Positions 50,231 through 62,304 of a DNA stretch of 64,000 bases are shown one piece after another. The translations under genes were made by a program, and so were the position numbers. Source of the DNA: Lama guanicoe (lineage: Eukaryota). The stretch is from NCBI GenBank assembly GCA_013239625.1, contig MU054085.1:110666-174665 (forward strand), given 5' to 3'. Position 1 is the first letter of the stretch, and each line of letters opens with the position of its first letter. Below the pieces are notes generated by a model. The model was given only the letters and a program-made list of their open reading frames with translations, was not told the origin of the DNA and made no database searches.

Positions 50231-51274
50231 AGCAATCAGCCCTGGTGCTACCTCTAATTCCCTCCCTCCTCTAGGTCTAAGGGGAAAATACTTCTTAGAG
50301 ATCCAGCTGCCTATGAAGAACTTTGGCTCAAAGTCTCTTCCAGTGCTTGAGATGCGAGGGTGTCTTTGTCCTTCCTATATGGACCCACTTGCCCCACATC
50401 CCTAGGTCTTTAGTGTGTTTGTTCATGATGGGATCTTAGACATAAGACATTGTAGAATATTGAGTTTTTAATGCCAGGTTTCACTGGTGCTGCCCAGGAC
50501 ATATGTGCATCTAAGACATCTCAATAGCTTTGAATAAAATGGCACTGACTCCAAACACCAGCAGAGAGTTGTGCTGGGAAAGATGAACATATTTACCATT
50601 ACATTAGTTTTTGATAGAATGTGAGAAACCTGGGGTTCACAGACATGGCATGCAGCAGTTAAATAGTAAAGATGGGACCCCTACCCGTCAGTTCTGACTG
50701 ATTTCACAGCCCATGCTTTGGAAGGGGAGTGCAGAGTCCTCCCCAGTTTGAAGGTCCTGTAGACAGACAGGGCTGGGCGTGACATAGTTACAGATTTCAG
50801 CATTTATTTATTTAAGCATTTATTTATTTAAGCCATGTGACAGGTGCTATGTACCCTGAGACAGATCTACTTTGGGCAGAGCACAAACAAGTGAACAAGC
50901 TCACTGAAATATTTGCTTTTCATCCATGGCTGAAGCTCCCTACCTGGAACTTTTGCCTTCTTCCCAAGGAAGGTGAATGCTACTCAGGTAGGAATAGGCT
51001 ATGGGGCTGAAACGGCCCCGTGTCCATGAAGGGCTGCTCCATTTCATTGACTCAGAGCTGCGGGGAGTGATTGCACAGGTCCATCTCAGGCAGATGAGGC
51101 GTGTCAGCCAGTTGACATGTAGCCTTGGACTTCACTATATGACTGCATACTGTGCCTAACAAACTTCTGCTGGACTATAGCCATGTCAAAGTGTGAAATA
51201 TTTGCTGCTGCCCATTGGCCACTTTGTAGTCCTGACCCATCACTAATTGGCAGCCTGGATACTCACCCACTCAG

Positions 51275-51690
51275 GCTTTTATTCAAATACTTACTGAGTG
51301 CCTATTAGAGCCAGGGAATTAGAGGGGACTGGGGATGCAGAGGTGGAGACCATAAATACCACCCCTGATCTCAGGGAGCTCTAGTCATATGAGAGCGATG
51401 GGTGGTAATTGACTAAACCTATAATAAATAAACCTATAAATAAATGTCCAATTGCAGCTGTGAAAAGTGCTATGAAGAAGAAAAGTCAGAAGATCATGTA
51501 ACAAGGGGATCTGGACAGCCAGAGGCATCAGAGAATGAGTCTCTAAGGAAGTGACATTTGGCCTATAAGATTAGTTGGATCTGATCCAGAGAGGGAGAGG
51601 GGACAGCATGTTCAAAGTCCCTGTGGTAGGAGACAGACTGGCACATTCAAGGCACTGGAGCACAGGGAGTGAGAGAAGATAATGATGCAG
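51275..51690 (-). mobile_element. L2 fragment
   Basis: attcaaatacttactgagtgcctat...aagtgctatgaagaa...aggaagtgacattt...cagcatgttcaaagtccctgtggtagg. Confidence 0.75.
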
Positions 51691-51699
51691 GATAATTAG

Positions 51700-52010
51700 T
51701 GTAGCTAATACGATTGGGAGCTTACTCTGTGCCAGGTGCTATTCCAAGGCTTTACATTTATGAACTCATTTAATCTTTATAAAGATACACAGTATCATTT
51801 ATTATAAGGTACACACTTTTCCCATTTACATATTTCTGAATTCATGATGTACCTTTAAATTAACACATAGTTTAATGTGTCTCATTTCTTATGATAAATG
51901 CTATTATTATCTATATTTCTTATATGAGGAAACTGAGCCACAGAGAGATTAAGTAATGTACCCAGTGTCATATGGCTACTAAGTGATTTGAATCTTCAGA
52001 TAGCCTAGAT
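51700..52010 (-). mobile_element. MIR SINE (interrupted)
   Basis: gagcttactctgtgccagg...actcatttaatctt...atgaggaaactgagccacagagagattaagtaa. Confidence 0.75.
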
Positions 52011-55000
52011 CTAAAGCAGTAAGCAGATGGGGCGGTGCCTACCCAGATGGGAATGGGAAATTATTTCATGTTCTTCTGAGGCAAGAAGTGGTGTGGCCAA
52101 GTTTGCACACTGTAGAGTCCTATCTGGCTCACTGAAATCTGCTTGGTGTGTGATAGCTTTGGGGTCATCTTAGGCCCTCTGCCTCTAGTCTTCATGACAT
52201 TCTGGGACAGGTACACATATGGTAAAAATTATGCTCAGCTGTAAAACTGCAGTCCCCTGAATCCTATGCCCTTAATGTTCTAGAGCTCAGGGCTTCAAGA
52301 ATTAACTGCAGAAGGGACAGGTAACTAAGGGTCTGGATGAAGCCTCTGCAGGCATTAAAAAGTCCATCCACCATGTCTCTTCACTCCAAGGAGAGGGATG
52401 GTCAGAAGGCAGGCTGTCTGCATTCTCCACACAACTATGACTGCTTCTGACCTGGTCCTTGGTGGCTGCAATGACTTCATATTTGCTGACTGGCTCCCCC
52501 ACCTGTAAAGTGGTCAGGCTGGTCAACAGTTATCGAAGGAACTGTGAACTAAAGTTAGATGCCATTCTCCCTTTTCAGACCTATCAACTCAGAGTTTCTA
52601 GGAGGAGACCCAGAAATCCATGTTTTTGAAGAATTCCCAACTGAAGCATATTAATTCTAAGGTATTGCTCCAAAATGACGGTTTTTGTCTTTCTTTACAT
52701 TTACCAATTAAAAGAGGAGTAAGAAGAACCAGACATAGTGATGAGACACTTTATATATTTTCTATTGCTTAGTGCTTAACCTATTACCCTTTGGCTGGTA
52801 ACGTTATTCTTACTTGACAGATGAGGAAATGTTGGCTCGGTAAGTTCAGTATCTCACACTTAATACTGGAGTGAGAATTTGAATCTGTTTCTCTCAACCA
52901 GTATCCTTCAGCTAACCCAGATGTGGGCAATTTTTTTCTTTAAGGGCTTAAAGTAAACATTTTTGACTTCTGTGGGCCACATAGTCTTTCTATTGAGGTA
53001 TAGATGATTTACAATGTTACATTAGTTCCAAGTGAACAATACAGTGATTCGGTATTTTTATGGATTATACTCCATTAAAGTTATTATAAAATGATAGCTA
53101 TAATTCCCTGTGCTGTACAATACCTCCTTGCTGCTTATCTATTTTTTACATAGTAGTTTGTATCTCTTAATCCCATACCCCTATCTTGCCCCTCTTCCAT
53201 TCCCTCTATACTTTGGTAACTGCAAGTTTGTTTTCTATATCTGTGAGTCTGTTTCTGTTTTGCTATATACATTCACTTTGTTTTTTAGATTGCAAGTATA
53301 AGTGATATTATACAGTGTTTGTCTTTCTCTGTTTGACTTATTTCACTGATCCTAATACTGTCTAGGTCCTTCCAAGTTGCTGTAAGTGGTAGAATTTCAT
53401 TCTTTTCATGGCTAAGTAATATTCCATTGTACATATATATCTACCACATCTTCTTTATCCATTCATCTGTTGATGGGCACACTTGGGTTTTCTACTTCTT
53501 GGCTATTGTAAATAGTGCTACTGTGAACACTGTGCATGTATCATTTTGAGTTAGTGTTTTTGTTTTTTCCTGGATACACACACACACACACACACACACA
53601 CAGGAGTAGAATTGCTGGATCACATGGTAGTTCTATGTTCAGCTTTTTGAGGAACCACCATACTATTTTCCATAATAGTTTCTCCAATTTACATTCTCAT
53701 CAACAGAGTACTAGGATTCCCTTTTCTCCACATCCTCGCCATCATTTATTACTTGTAAACTTTTTGATGGTGGTCATTCTGACAGGTGTCAGGTGGTATC
53801 TCATTGTGGTTTTGATTTCCACTTCTCTGATAATTAGCCATGTTGAGCACCTTTTCATATGTTTGTTGGCCATCTACATGTCTTCTTTGGGAAAATGTCT
53901 ATTTAAGTCTTCTGTCCATATTTTAATCATTTTTGTTTGTTGTTTGATATGGAGTTGTTATGAGCTTTATTTATATATTGGATATTAACTGATTGCTGAT
54001 CATTTGCAAATATTTTCTCCCATTCAATAAGCTGTCTTTTCATTTTGTCAATGGTTTCCTTTGCTGTGTGAAAGATTTTAAGTTTAATTAGGTTCCATTT
54101 ATTTATTTTTCCTTTTATTTCTTTCACCATAGGAGACAGATCAAAAAAAATTGTTATGATCTATGTCAAAAAGTGTTATGCCTAGGACTTTTATAATTTT
54201 AGGCTTTATATATAGATCTTCAATCCATTTTGAGTTTATTTTTTTATATAGTGTGAGAAAATGTTCTAATCTCATTGTTTTACATGTAGCTGTTCAGTTT
54301 TCCCAGTACCATTTATTGAAGAAACTGTTTTTTCTCCACTGAATATTCTTGCCTCCTTTGTCATAAATTAATTGATCATAGGTGCATGGGTTTATTTCTG
54401 GGCTCTCTATTCTGTTCCACTGATCTATGTGTCTTTTTCTGTGCCAATATCATGTGGCTTTGTAGTACAGTCTGAAGCCAGGGAGCACGGCACCTCTAGC
54501 TTTGTTCTTCTTTCTCAAGATTGCTTTTGCAATTCCAGGTCTTTTTTGATTCCACATAAATTTTAGGATTATTTGTTCTAGTTCTGTGAAAAATGTCATG
54601 GGTATTTTGATAGGGATTGCATTAAATCTGTAGATTGCTTTATGTAGTATGGCCATGTTAACAATCTTAATTCTTTCAGTCAGAGAGCATGAGGTATCTT
54701 TCCATTTCTTTGTATCATCATCAATTTCCTTCATCAATGTTCTAGAGTTTTCAGACTATGGATCTTTTACCTCCTTGGTTAAGTATATTCCTAGGTGTTT
54801 TATTCTTTTTGATGCAATTTTAAATGAGATTAAAAAAATTCTCCTTCTGCTATTTTATTATTAGTGTATAGAAACACAACAGATTTATGTATATTAATCT
54901 TGTATTGCAACTTTACTGAATTATTCTATTAGTTTTTCAGTGGAGACTTAAGGGCTTTCTGTATAAAGTATCATGTCATCTGCAAATAGTGATGGTTTTA

Positions 55001-55295
55001 CTTCTTCCCTTCCAATTTGGATTCCTTTTATTTCTTTTCTTTGTCTGATTGCTATGACTAGGACTTCAAATACTTTGTTAAACAAAAGTGGCAAGAGTGG
55101 GCATCTTTGTCTTGTTCCTAAATATAGAGGAAAAGCCATTGAATATAATGTTAACTGTGGGTTTATCATTTATAGCCTTTATTATGTTGAGATATATTTC
55201 CTCTATACCAACTTTAATGAGAGTTTTTCTCATGAATGGATATTGAATCTTGTCAAGTGTTCTTTCTGTGTCTATTAAGATGATCATGTGATTTT

Positions 55296-56057
55296 AAAAA
55301 TTTACTTATTTTATTGAATGAAAGTCTTTAAATTCTGTAGTGCTTTACAGTTTTCAAAAGTTTCACACACATTATTTCAAATAAATCCCATAATAATCCT
55401 TTTTTATCTCCTATTCTTATATTGCCCCTCATCTCTTCCCTTTCCCCACGGTGTTCTCTACATCTGTGAATGTGCTTCTCTTTTGTTTTATTCACTAATT
55501 TATTGTATTTTTTAGATTCCACATACAAGTGATATCACACAGTATTTGCCTTTCTCTGACTTCTTTCACTTAGCATAATGCCCTCCAAGTCCATCCAGAT
55601 TGCTTCAAATGGCAAAATTTCATTCTTTTTTATGGCTGAGTAGTATTCATGTCTCTTTCTCTCTCTCTCTCTCTCTATGTGTGTGTGTGTGTACATACCA
55701 CATCTTCTTTATCCATTCATCTGTTGATGGACACTTACGTTTCTCCCATATCTTGGCAATTGTAAATAACACTGCTTTGAACATTGGGGTGCACATATCT
55801 TTCCAAAGTAGTGTTTCTGTTTTTTTTTTAATATATATATACACCCAGAAGTGGAATTGTTGAGTCTCATGGTAGTTTTATTTTTAGTTTTTTGAGAAAT
55901 CTCCATACTGTTTTCCACAGTGACTGCACCAATGTACTTTCCCACAAATGCTGTTGGAGGGTTCCCTTTTCTCCACATCCTCGCCAACATTTGCTATTTG
56001 TGTTCTTTTTAGTGATGGCCATTCTGACAATCTATTCAGTTCTTCTGCTCATTTTAA
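55296..56057 (-). mobile_element. 5'-truncated L1 nested in the RT region of the larger L1
   Basis: 19-bp TSD aagatgatcat(g/a)tgatttt at 55277-55295 and 56058-56076; different 3' UTR; contains (CT)n(GT)n. Confidence 0.9.
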
Positions 56058-57736
56058 AAGATGATCATATGATTTTTAGCCTTCCTTTTGTTAATGTGCT
56101 GCATCACTTTGCTTGATTTGTGAATTCTGAACCATCCTTGCATCCCTGGAATAAATCCCACTTGATTATGGTGTATACTTTTTATATATTGTTAGATTTG
56201 GTTTGCTAATATTTTATTGGGGATTTTCACATCTATATTCATCAAAGATTTGGTTGATAATTTTATTATTTTGTAGTGTCTTTGGTTTTGGTCTTAATTT
56301 AGTTAACATTCTTATTATGAATGTTTTGCATTTGAAGATCTGATAAGTCATTTACTTCTGTTTCATTGCTTATTTTTTAGGAGTTTTCTCTTGCACTTTC
56401 AATTAAAGCTAGTTCCTCTGTGTTTTCATTTTGCCTAACTTTCTCTACCTCTATGAATTTAAGTAACATATTTACCTATTGTGGTCTTGATAGAGTGTCC
56501 TTATTTGGGGGCATCAGTATACAGACTGTGTGTGCCCAATGCCTTTGGTGGGAGAGCTGGATTTGACATGGACACAAGTCACAACTTTCCTCAAGATGTG
56601 ATTGGAGGTGAAAGGAGGTGGACCTGGAGATGGAGGGGCTAAAGCTGGAGCTGAGAGTGAACTAAGGCTTCCCCTCTCCTTAGTGGCCATCACCGCCCTA
56701 TCAGGGTCAGGGTCTGATCCCAAGTTGCTGGAGCAGAAGCCCCAAGGATCAGGTCTGAGCTGGCTCTTTTCCCTTTAACTGAGTGCTTTCCCTCTCCCAG
56801 CACCAGGACTTTTGCCCTGGAGTGGCCCCCGTGAGCTGTCGGCTCCTGTTGGCCACAGGGTCCAAGCTCTCTCCATAGCACTGCTTGTGCAGGTGTCAAC
56901 AATTATTTCTCTCATTCTGCTCAGACACAGCCTCGATTCCAAGTCCCCCTCTATCTCTCACTGTGATCACTCCCCGGCCTCTGCCACCCCACCCATTGTA
57001 GAGCTGCTCTGCGGGGCAGGTGGACCTAAGTGGACTCAACTATATCAGGGTGTGACCTGTGGTAGGGCAGTCACCATCAGAGTTCTGGGATATGTCTCAT
57101 GTGCTGTTTGAGTAAGCACCAACAGTAGTCACTGCCACCCCACCCAGGATCCATCCTGAGACTGGGTCACTTCTGGATCCCATGGCTGGATTTTCTCCCT
57201 GGTTGTGGCAACCTTAGATCCTGTGTCAAGGTGTGATGTGGAGTGAGTGAGGTTGGAGCCTTCACTTGGCTTGGTTGGAGCAAAACTGATGCAGCTGCAG
57301 GGAACCCGGCAGCCATTGGAGCAGTCTTCTACCCATCCTGTCCACTCTGCCTTGGGGGCAAGCCAGCGAGCATGCCCTCCTTATGAGTGGAGTTCAGCCT
57401 CCCCACTGTCTCACTGGTCCTCCAACCAGCCAAGGGGGCTTGTCTCCCCTGCATGGGACCCCAGGACTAGAGGATCCATCTATGGCTCTCGTAACTCATT
57501 CCCCTTGGTGGGTCTCTGGCCGTGTATCCTCTCTGAGTCCCCTCCCAGGGGCACAGGTCTGAACCTCATTGCTTTTCTTCCTTTCCTACTCAATTATGTG
57601 TGAATTTTTCTTACAGCCTTGGTTGTACAGGTTCTGCCAGTTTCCAGTTTGTTTCCAATTATTTTTCCACATGTAAATGTATTTTTGATGTGTTTGTGGG
57701 GGAAAGTGAGTTCCATGTCTTCCTGCTCTGCTATCT

Positions 57737-57882
57737 ATTTTTTTTTAATTTTGTTTCTTTTTGGAGGAGATGGATGGGGGTAATTGAATTTTTACTTATT
57801 TGTTTAACAGAGGTACTGGGGATTGAACCTAGGGCCTTGTGCATGTTAAGCAAGAGTTTGACCACTGAACTATATTCTCCCC
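57737..57882 (-). mobile_element. Camelid tRNA-derived SINE nested in the L1 5' UTR
   Basis: aggtactggggattgaacctaggg...accactgaactata; TSD ctctgc(t/c)atct at 57726 and 57887. Confidence 0.85.
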
Positions 57883-59356
57883 TTTACTCTGCCATCTTGA
57901 TCTGACCCCTCATATGATCTTTATTGCAGCTACTCAATTGTGCCATCTTTCACTCAAATGCTGTAGAGTGCCCGAAGCCACAGGCAACATATAAGTGCAC
58001 ACATGTGGTGTGCACTTATAAACTTCATTTATAAAAACAGAGCTGGAATGCATTTGGCCCATTGGCCATAGAATGCCCACCTCTGCGTTGAACAGTCAAA
58101 GTATGAATTCAGCCTTTGAAAGGAAAAGGTAATGAAATGAGCATGGGTTTAAGCATTCAACATGAAATGCTTAACAAATGGAGCTGTCCAGCATCATTTT
58201 GGAATCTTCATGGCTATTATTTCCTGTAAAGTGCTCTGTTACCCAAGTATTATTGCTTATAGTTTGCCCATCAGGAAACTGAGGTACAAAGCAATTACAT
58301 CATTTGCCTAAGGTCCCATTGCTAGTGAGGAGTTGGGGCAGAGCCAGGTGTCTGAACAGGTCTTTTAGGCTGGAGTTAGGGATCAGGCAAGATCTGAGTC
58401 TGAGCTGTCTGACATCAGCATGTGTAATTTTTCTGCTAAGATGAGAGTGGTAGAGGAGAATCTATGCTCTGGCTTCCATGCTGTGGCCACAAAGATATAA
58501 CAATGGTTCTGGTTAGCTCTGTCTGACCCATGGGCCAAGGTGTTCTTTCCTCCCTGCTTGGTGAAGCTTTGTAAACCAGCATCATTCTATGAATTTCAGC
58601 CACACTGGGCTCCCCACCCTGCCAACATAGAGAACCAGGGACTAATGCATTCATAACTGAGTATTTCAGATCTTTCTTTCCCCCACATATAAACAAATAA
58701 ATGATCAGCATTCAATATTCTAGTAACAAGGTTACTTTCCTGTTGAGCTGAAGATAAAGGATTTGAGGGGCTCCACTGGTGAAGAATTAAAAACATGAAT
58801 CATAAGTTTAGTTGAGACAAAGCCAAGACACTAACATCTCATTCAGGAGAGGAAAACAGTGAGGCAGAGAGGTTAGCATTAGAAAGATCAGACATCAGGT
58901 AACACAACAGCCCTGGTCGATGACCCTCAGCAGAATGGAAATAAAAATGTAGCCCATACGTGTCTAGTTTGTTAATGGGGAGAGAAGACATATAATTCAG
59001 AAACCTGCTTTTGTTCCTTTTAAATCAACATGTTTCTGTTAAAATGGGACTTGAAGTCCCATCATAGTGAGCAGTCACTTTTTGGATACTGTAAGATTAA
59101 CTCTACCTTTCTGGGCCACAGTGGAAATGGAAATACTCAATTTTACCCACCAGCCTTTGGAAGTTATAACTTGGAATTTCTCCAAGTAGCCCACTCTATT
59201 GTGTGTAGACACGCTACACACTTTACTAGGAGGAGAGAGCTGAGTGGGTGGTATGTACATGCATTCTTCCACTCAGTTCAGAAAGACCAAGGGCAAATGG
59301 AAATGAGGGTAGGATGCTAGAAGTCATAGAAAATTTTTTTTATTTTTATTTTTGCC

Positions 59357-59463
59357 AAAATTATGGGATGCATCACCAATTTGCATGTCATCCTTGTGCA
59401 GGGCCCATGCTAATCTTCTCTGTATCATTCCAATTTCAGTATATGTGCTGGCAAAGCGAGCAC
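59357..59463 (-). pseudogene. Full-length U6 snRNA retrocopy with A-rich tail (59333-59353)
   Basis: Minus strand GTGCTCGCTTTGCCAGCACATATACTGAAATTGGAATGATACAGAGAAGATTAGCATGGGCCCTGCACAAGGATGACATGCAAATTGGTGATGCATCCCATAATTTT; about 12 of 107 positions differ from U6, about half at CpG; no TATA seen upstream. Confidence 0.95.
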
Positions 59464-59649
59464 TCTTGCTTGTTTTTGTTTTGCTTTATTTCAGAAAAAG
59501 AACCAAGTCAGGTAAATGTCCATCTGGAGAAATGACTTTAAAAAGTCATTATAAGAAGAAGGAAGCCCAATTTGCCTGCAAAGTTAACGGTAGCAGATTA
59601 TGTCTGTGTACAGAAGCACGTGCTTAAAATGAGCAGCGGACAGAGCTGC

Positions 59650-59679
59650 TTTTTTTCTTTCTTTCTTTCTTTCTTTCTT
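59650..59679. repeat. (CTTT)n microsatellite
   Basis: Direct reading. Confidence 0.9.
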
Positions 59680-60205
59680 GGGCACTTCCTGGCTGGTGTG
59701 TTTTAGATTCTGACAGAGAGCTCTTGGAAAAGCTGTTCCCATATTCTGCCAAATCCAATCCTGTCATCTCCCTTTTAAGATTCAACTCAGGTTGTTCCCT
59801 CAAGAAACCCTGCTCAAGACTTTTCTCTGATCATCTCCACTGAAACTAAAACACAGCTTGAAAGTATGTTGTCTAATCGCTTTGTATCTTTTTATGTGCA
59901 GAGAGACTGTTAAGCTCCTTAAGGATGAGGACCAGCACACATGCTGATTACGCATTCCTTGTGGTGTCGAGAATAATGCCAGGTTCAGAGGATGCAGGTA
60001 TCACCTGAGATGTCCCTGCCTTGCCCTTCAGTGGTCCAGGTTAATTTGGCTCGAACTCTTAGTTTTGTAATCTTGGTCAAGTCCAAGGCCCTATTCATGA
60101 TATGCGGGGATTCTCATGGTCTTTCTTTTCATGGTTCCCATTATGACTACTTCCTACTTGCATAGACTATTTCCCCCCTCACTTCCCTGGATGCAAAACT
60201 CACTT

Positions 60206-60534
60206 AAAAATGTTGAATAGTTGGAGCACAAAGGATTTTTAGGGCAATGAAATTATTCTGCAGGATACTGTAGTGGTGGCTACATGTCGTTATGTATTTG
60301 TCAAAACCCATAGAATATACAAGTCTGAACCCTAATGTCAACTATGGACTTTGGTTGATAATAATGTGTCCATGTTTGTTCATCAGTTGAACCAAATATG
60401 CCACACTGATGAGGGGTGTTGAGGGTAGGGGAGTGTATATGTGTGGGTGGGGAAGGCTATGTGAGAACTCTGTATTTTCTGCTCAGTTCTGCTGTAAACC
60501 TGAAACTGCTCTAAAAAATAAAGTCTATTAAAAG
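60206..60534 (+). mobile_element. Old L1 (L1MB/L1MC-type) 3' UTR fragment
   Basis: ggagcacaaaggatttttagggcaatgaa...gtcaaaacccataga...aaccctaatgtcaactatggactttgg...aaactgctctaaaaaataaagtctattaaaa. Confidence 0.85.
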
Positions 60535-60540
60535 TTTTGT

Positions 60541-60669
60541 CATTTATTTTATTTTTATTTCAGGGGGTAATTAGGTTTATTTATTTACTTTATTGGAGGT
60601 ACTAGGGATTGAACCCAGGACCTTGTGCATGCTAAGTATGTGCTCTACCACTGAGATATACCTTTCCCC
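60541..60669 (-). mobile_element. Camelid tRNA-derived SINE (Vic-1-like)
   Basis: Minus strand ggggaaaggtatatctcagtggtagagcacatacttagcatgcacaaggtcctgggttcaatccc plus A-rich tail. Confidence 0.92.
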
Positions 60670-61714
60670 TGCAAAACTCATTTCTGACTGATTCCCATAC
60701 AAGTTGGTGAGTCTAGTAAGAACTAGGGATTTTGAGATCACAGGAGAGTCTCACTGAGTAACACATCATCTTGTTGATTCTCTTCTCCTCTTGGATTGCC
60801 TCAGAAGTCCCACGTCCCTCTCCCTTCAGAATGTGAAACACTGCAGTTCTTCCAGTTTGCAAATCCAAATCCACAAGGTCTCAGCAAAAACAAAGCCAAC
60901 TCAAGATGGAACCCACCCTCCTTAGAAAACAGTTGGAGCTTCAAACGACAACTTTCTCCTGCTACATTAAACAGGGCTTGATGCCCCTCCAACAAGAAAC
61001 CCTACTTAATAAAGGGTCTTTGCACCACTTATAAGTTTATCTGAGAGAAGAAAGCTCCAAGTTGCCACATGGGCAGAAGCTGCTGTGGATCCAGGGTACT
61101 GTGAAGGATAGCATGGGACACAGAGGTCTGTCTGAAACAACTTAAGCACATCCAGGTGTGTGGACAAGGGCATGGATCAAAAGGTCTGTATGACCCTCAG
61201 TAAACATCAACTTGTTCACATCACTCATGATCTGGAGGACTGAAGGGAGCTAGGAAAGAACAAGGGAGGGATGGTGTCATGTTATACCTTTGTCTTCAAT
61301 TTACAGATATTCATTGGTCCTCTATCAAGCACTCAATCAGACAGTAGAACTCCACAGATGAATGGTGTATGGGCCCTTCCCCCAAAGAACACTGATCTGT
61401 GCCAGAAATGTGTAACACCATCTCTTGTTAAAGTGACTCAATTCTTGAAGATTCTTGGATATCCTGAGAAGGTGGCTTGCCTGGTCTATCTCAATGGTCT
61501 GTTTTGCATACATCTGGGACTGTGGTCTACTTGCTAGATCAAACTCTCCGGTTTCCTGCAGCTCCACACTCCACTCTCTCTCCCCATCCCACTACGAGAG
61601 CCCAAGCCCAAGTGTCTAGCTGCTCTCTACTGTTCCGCTGGTATTTTCCAGGCCAAGGTCCAAGATATGACAGGAAGGAGAGAGGAAACATTTCTTACAC
61701 TATACTTGATGCTT

Positions 61715-61880
61715 TCACATAAACTATTTCATTTTATTCTAATAACAACCCCATGATAACCCATTTTCATCCCTCTTTTATGGATGAGAACACTGAGGTT
61801 CAGAGTAATGACTTGCCTAAGTAACACAGTCAGGGGAGGCTAGAGGACGAGAGACTGGCTCAGCCCTAGAGTCCCCACCC
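61715..61880 (-). mobile_element. MIR SINE
   Basis: aacaaccccatga...ttttatggatgagaacactgaggttcagag..tgacttgcctaagtaacacag. Confidence 0.75.
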
Positions 61881-62304
61881 TTGCTCCTATCTCCTGTCTG
61901 GCTCACCACTAAGTCCATTTAAGGTGCTGGCTCATGCTTTCTGGGTATTCAGTTGTTTTTTTTTTTTTTCCAATTCCTCATGGCAATCCTTTTGCCAAGC
62001 CTGAAGTTGCCAAACATTTAAGTCTCGGGAGAAGGCTGCTATACAACAGCCCCTCTGATCCCCCAGGCTTCCTTTCTCAAGAGGACAGAAGGTTCACGGT
62101 AAGTCTGGCAAGGAAGTCTGGCATATGTTGCCAAAGTAGAAACAATGGTTCCTGCCTCACTTATAAGTTCCTCAATTAAGTCTTTGACATTCAAGTGGAA
62201 GTGGGCAAAAGCAATGAACGTGACTGAAATGAAATGAACATGAATGAATGAAAAGACAGAAACACCTGGGAGACTGGAGGCTGGAACATTTAAGAGACAG
62301 GCAA

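Larger units (their letters stand above)
52991..57910 (-). mobile_element. L1 with 5' UTR and 3' UTR but a large internal deletion near 56292
   Basis: 5' end aggggtcagatcaagatggc (YY1-type site); ORF2 peptides [14 protein letters not shown]...LFADDMILY; 3' UTR at 52991-53500. Confidence 0.9.
52918..58085 (+). mobile_element. MER58A-type MITE split by an L1 (halves about 52918-52990 and 57911-58085)
   Basis: The left half (aagggc..aagtaaacattttt..cttctgtgggccacatagtct) and right half (ttgcagctactcaa...ttggccc..tggccatag...acctctg) together parallel the intact copy at 31765. Confidence 0.8.

Noticed and set aside
58149..58174. 9-bp inverted repeat ttaagcatt/aatgcttaa
   Set aside because: Short and AT-rich; expected by chance in 64 kb.
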